From the sequence record SRR31156797_5071: a stretch of 38,413 nt of DNA; one strand, given 5' to 3'. Shown piece after piece: positions 37,206 through 38,413 of this stretch. Every line of letters begins with the position of its first letter. The stretch's first letter is position 1. A model generated the notes under the pieces. It had not been told where the DNA came from, did not search any database, and was given only the letters and a program-made list of their open reading frames with translations. A program made the translations under genes and the position numbers.

Positions 37206-38207
37206 TTACTCTTTATAAACAGTGTTCCAGTCTTTTTTCATATCCATGATTACCCAACCGCGTTTATGTCCTTCATCCAGGCCGCGATCCAATCGGCCGA
37301 TATGAGAATCACGATCATATGCATATTCACGATCCGCATCGGTGTGATGTACCAACATCCCGAATCTTTCCCCTGATCCGCTTGTGGTCCATTCCAGCAT
37401 CTGAAAATCACCGTCTGAGTTACCAAATGCCATAACAGGACGGTGACCTATATGCTGATTAATGGCAACAGGTTTTCCCTCTTTATCGTCGATGAAGTTC
37501 AGCTCTTTGAGGCGGACAATGGCAGGCTTTCCATCCAGAACTTCATACTGTGTTTTAACGCTTGATCCTATGACCTGTTCTGGAGGAATACCATAGACAC
37601 CCTCTGCCCAGGGACGCATAAATTCGATTCCGCCACCGGAAACTATATACGTCTTAAAACCATTATCTCTAAGATAATCGAGCAACTCCAGCATCGGTTG
37701 ATAAACCATATCGATGAAGGCCTTTCCTGTCTCTGGATGTTTTGCCCTCTTGATCCATTCAAGAACAATATACTTAAACTCCTCGGTAGTCATTCCACCA
37801 TGGGTTGTCATTACCATTTCAAGTAAAGGTTTCATTCCCCCAGACAAAGCCTTTTTAATGTCACCGTTAAGGACAGAAGCAAAAGGTTCTTTATCTTTCC
37901 ATTCTGGATGCTGCGGTGCAAGCTGTTTGACTCTGTCTAAAATAAAATAAACTTGGAAATATACTGGCTGTTCAGCCCAAAGGGTGCCATCGTTATCAAA
38001 TACGGCAATGCGCTGTTCAGGTGAAATATACCCTGGACTTCCCTCACTGGTGACAGTAGATACAAATTCTAAAATTCTCTGCTTGGGAGTGGTTTCATTC
38101 CATGAGGCTAAGGACGCATCTTGTGCATGAGAAGTTGTGTTAAGTAAAACAAAGGCTGTAAAAACAGCTATAAAAAAACACCACAGGGAATTTTTCTTTT
38201 TTTGCAT
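37206..38207 (-). CDS. Secreted HAD-superfamily phosphatase (nonspecific acid phosphatase-like)
   Basis: Signal peptide ending SHA; motif I FDNDGTLW, motif II VSGGG, GKP and motif IV GNSDGD; SD AGGAG. Confidence 0.9.
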   Translation of the reverse strand: MQKKKNSLWCFFIAVFTAFVLLNTTSHAQDASLASWNETTPKQRILEFVSTVTSEGSPGYISPEQRIAVFDNDGTLWAEQPVYFQVYFILDRVKQLAPQHPEWKDKEPFASVLNGDIKKALSGGMKPLLEMVMTTHGGMTTEEFKYIVLEWIKRAKHPETGKAFIDMVYQPMLELLDYLRDNGFKTYIVSGGGIEFMRPWAEGVYGIPPEQVIGSSVKTQYEVLDGKPAIVRLKELNFIDDKEGKPVAINQHIGHRPVMAFGNSDGDFQMLEWTTSGSGERFGMLVHHTDADREYAYDRDSHIGRLDRGLDEGHKRGWVIMDMKKDWNTVYKE

Positions 38208-38251
38208 CTTTATTCTCCTGATTTAAAAACATCATAATAGAACTGGTTCTG

Positions 38252-38293
38252 CAAAAGAAAAACAGTACCAGATCTCAAGACCTGGTACTGTTT
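38252..38293 (-). terminator. Intrinsic terminator on the minus strand upstream of the HAD gene
   Basis: Perfect 12-bp stem AAACAGTACCAG (38260-38271) / CTGGTACTGTTT (38282-38293), followed on the minus strand by TTCTTTTG. Confidence 0.75.
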
Positions 38294-38413
38294 GGTGGCT
38301 AACCCGGATTTCCCATGAACAATATGTCAATTTGTTTAATTGCAAACAATCCCATTATTTGGGGTGAAAATTCATGGAGTTACAAATTTGCACAATGTTC
38401 ACCAAAGGTCAGT

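Noticed and set aside
603-37950. Numerous 60-150 aa antisense or out-of-frame ORFs inside long genes (e.g. 21286-21660, 25229-25639, 33386-33790, 34727-35170)
   Set aside because: Shadow ORFs of well-supported CDSs with no independent motifs.

Overview
A 38.4-kb bacterial chromosomal window with no rRNA, tRNA, CRISPR or recognisable IS element. Gene content suggests an anaerobic Desulfobacterota-like organism (inference, not shown by the sequence). Left to right: (1) an orphan, N-terminally extended KamA-family radical-SAM aminomutase whose substrate-pocket residues match glutamate 2,3-aminomutase rather than lysine 2,3-aminomutase; (2) an AT-rich hybrid sensor kinase (periplasmic binding domain-TM-PAS x3-PocR-HisKA-HATPase-REC) preceded by an (ACTGA)5 repeat; (3) a 13-kb divergent 5-oxoproline/lactam locus, with pxpABC plus a TRAP transporter on the minus strand and gntR, DUF2848, a C-N hydrolase, a YcsI/D-glutamate-cyclase-like protein, a second TRAP transporter and a MarR-like regulator on the plus strand; (4) an RND efflux system with a Nim-like gene, divergent from a BaeSR-like pair; (5) a large MscS channel; (6) an operon-like run of secreted HAD phosphatase, cytochrome b, Rieske protein and a 7-8-heme cytochrome c with HEAT/TPR repeats. 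The best candidates for under-described biology are the atypical Rieske/cytochrome b module, the DUF2848-nitrilase-YcsI arm of the oxoproline locus and the Eam-like aminomutase. A single base at 9530 appears to remove both the dctQ stop and the dctM start. All family calls come from motif recognition by eye; no searches were run.
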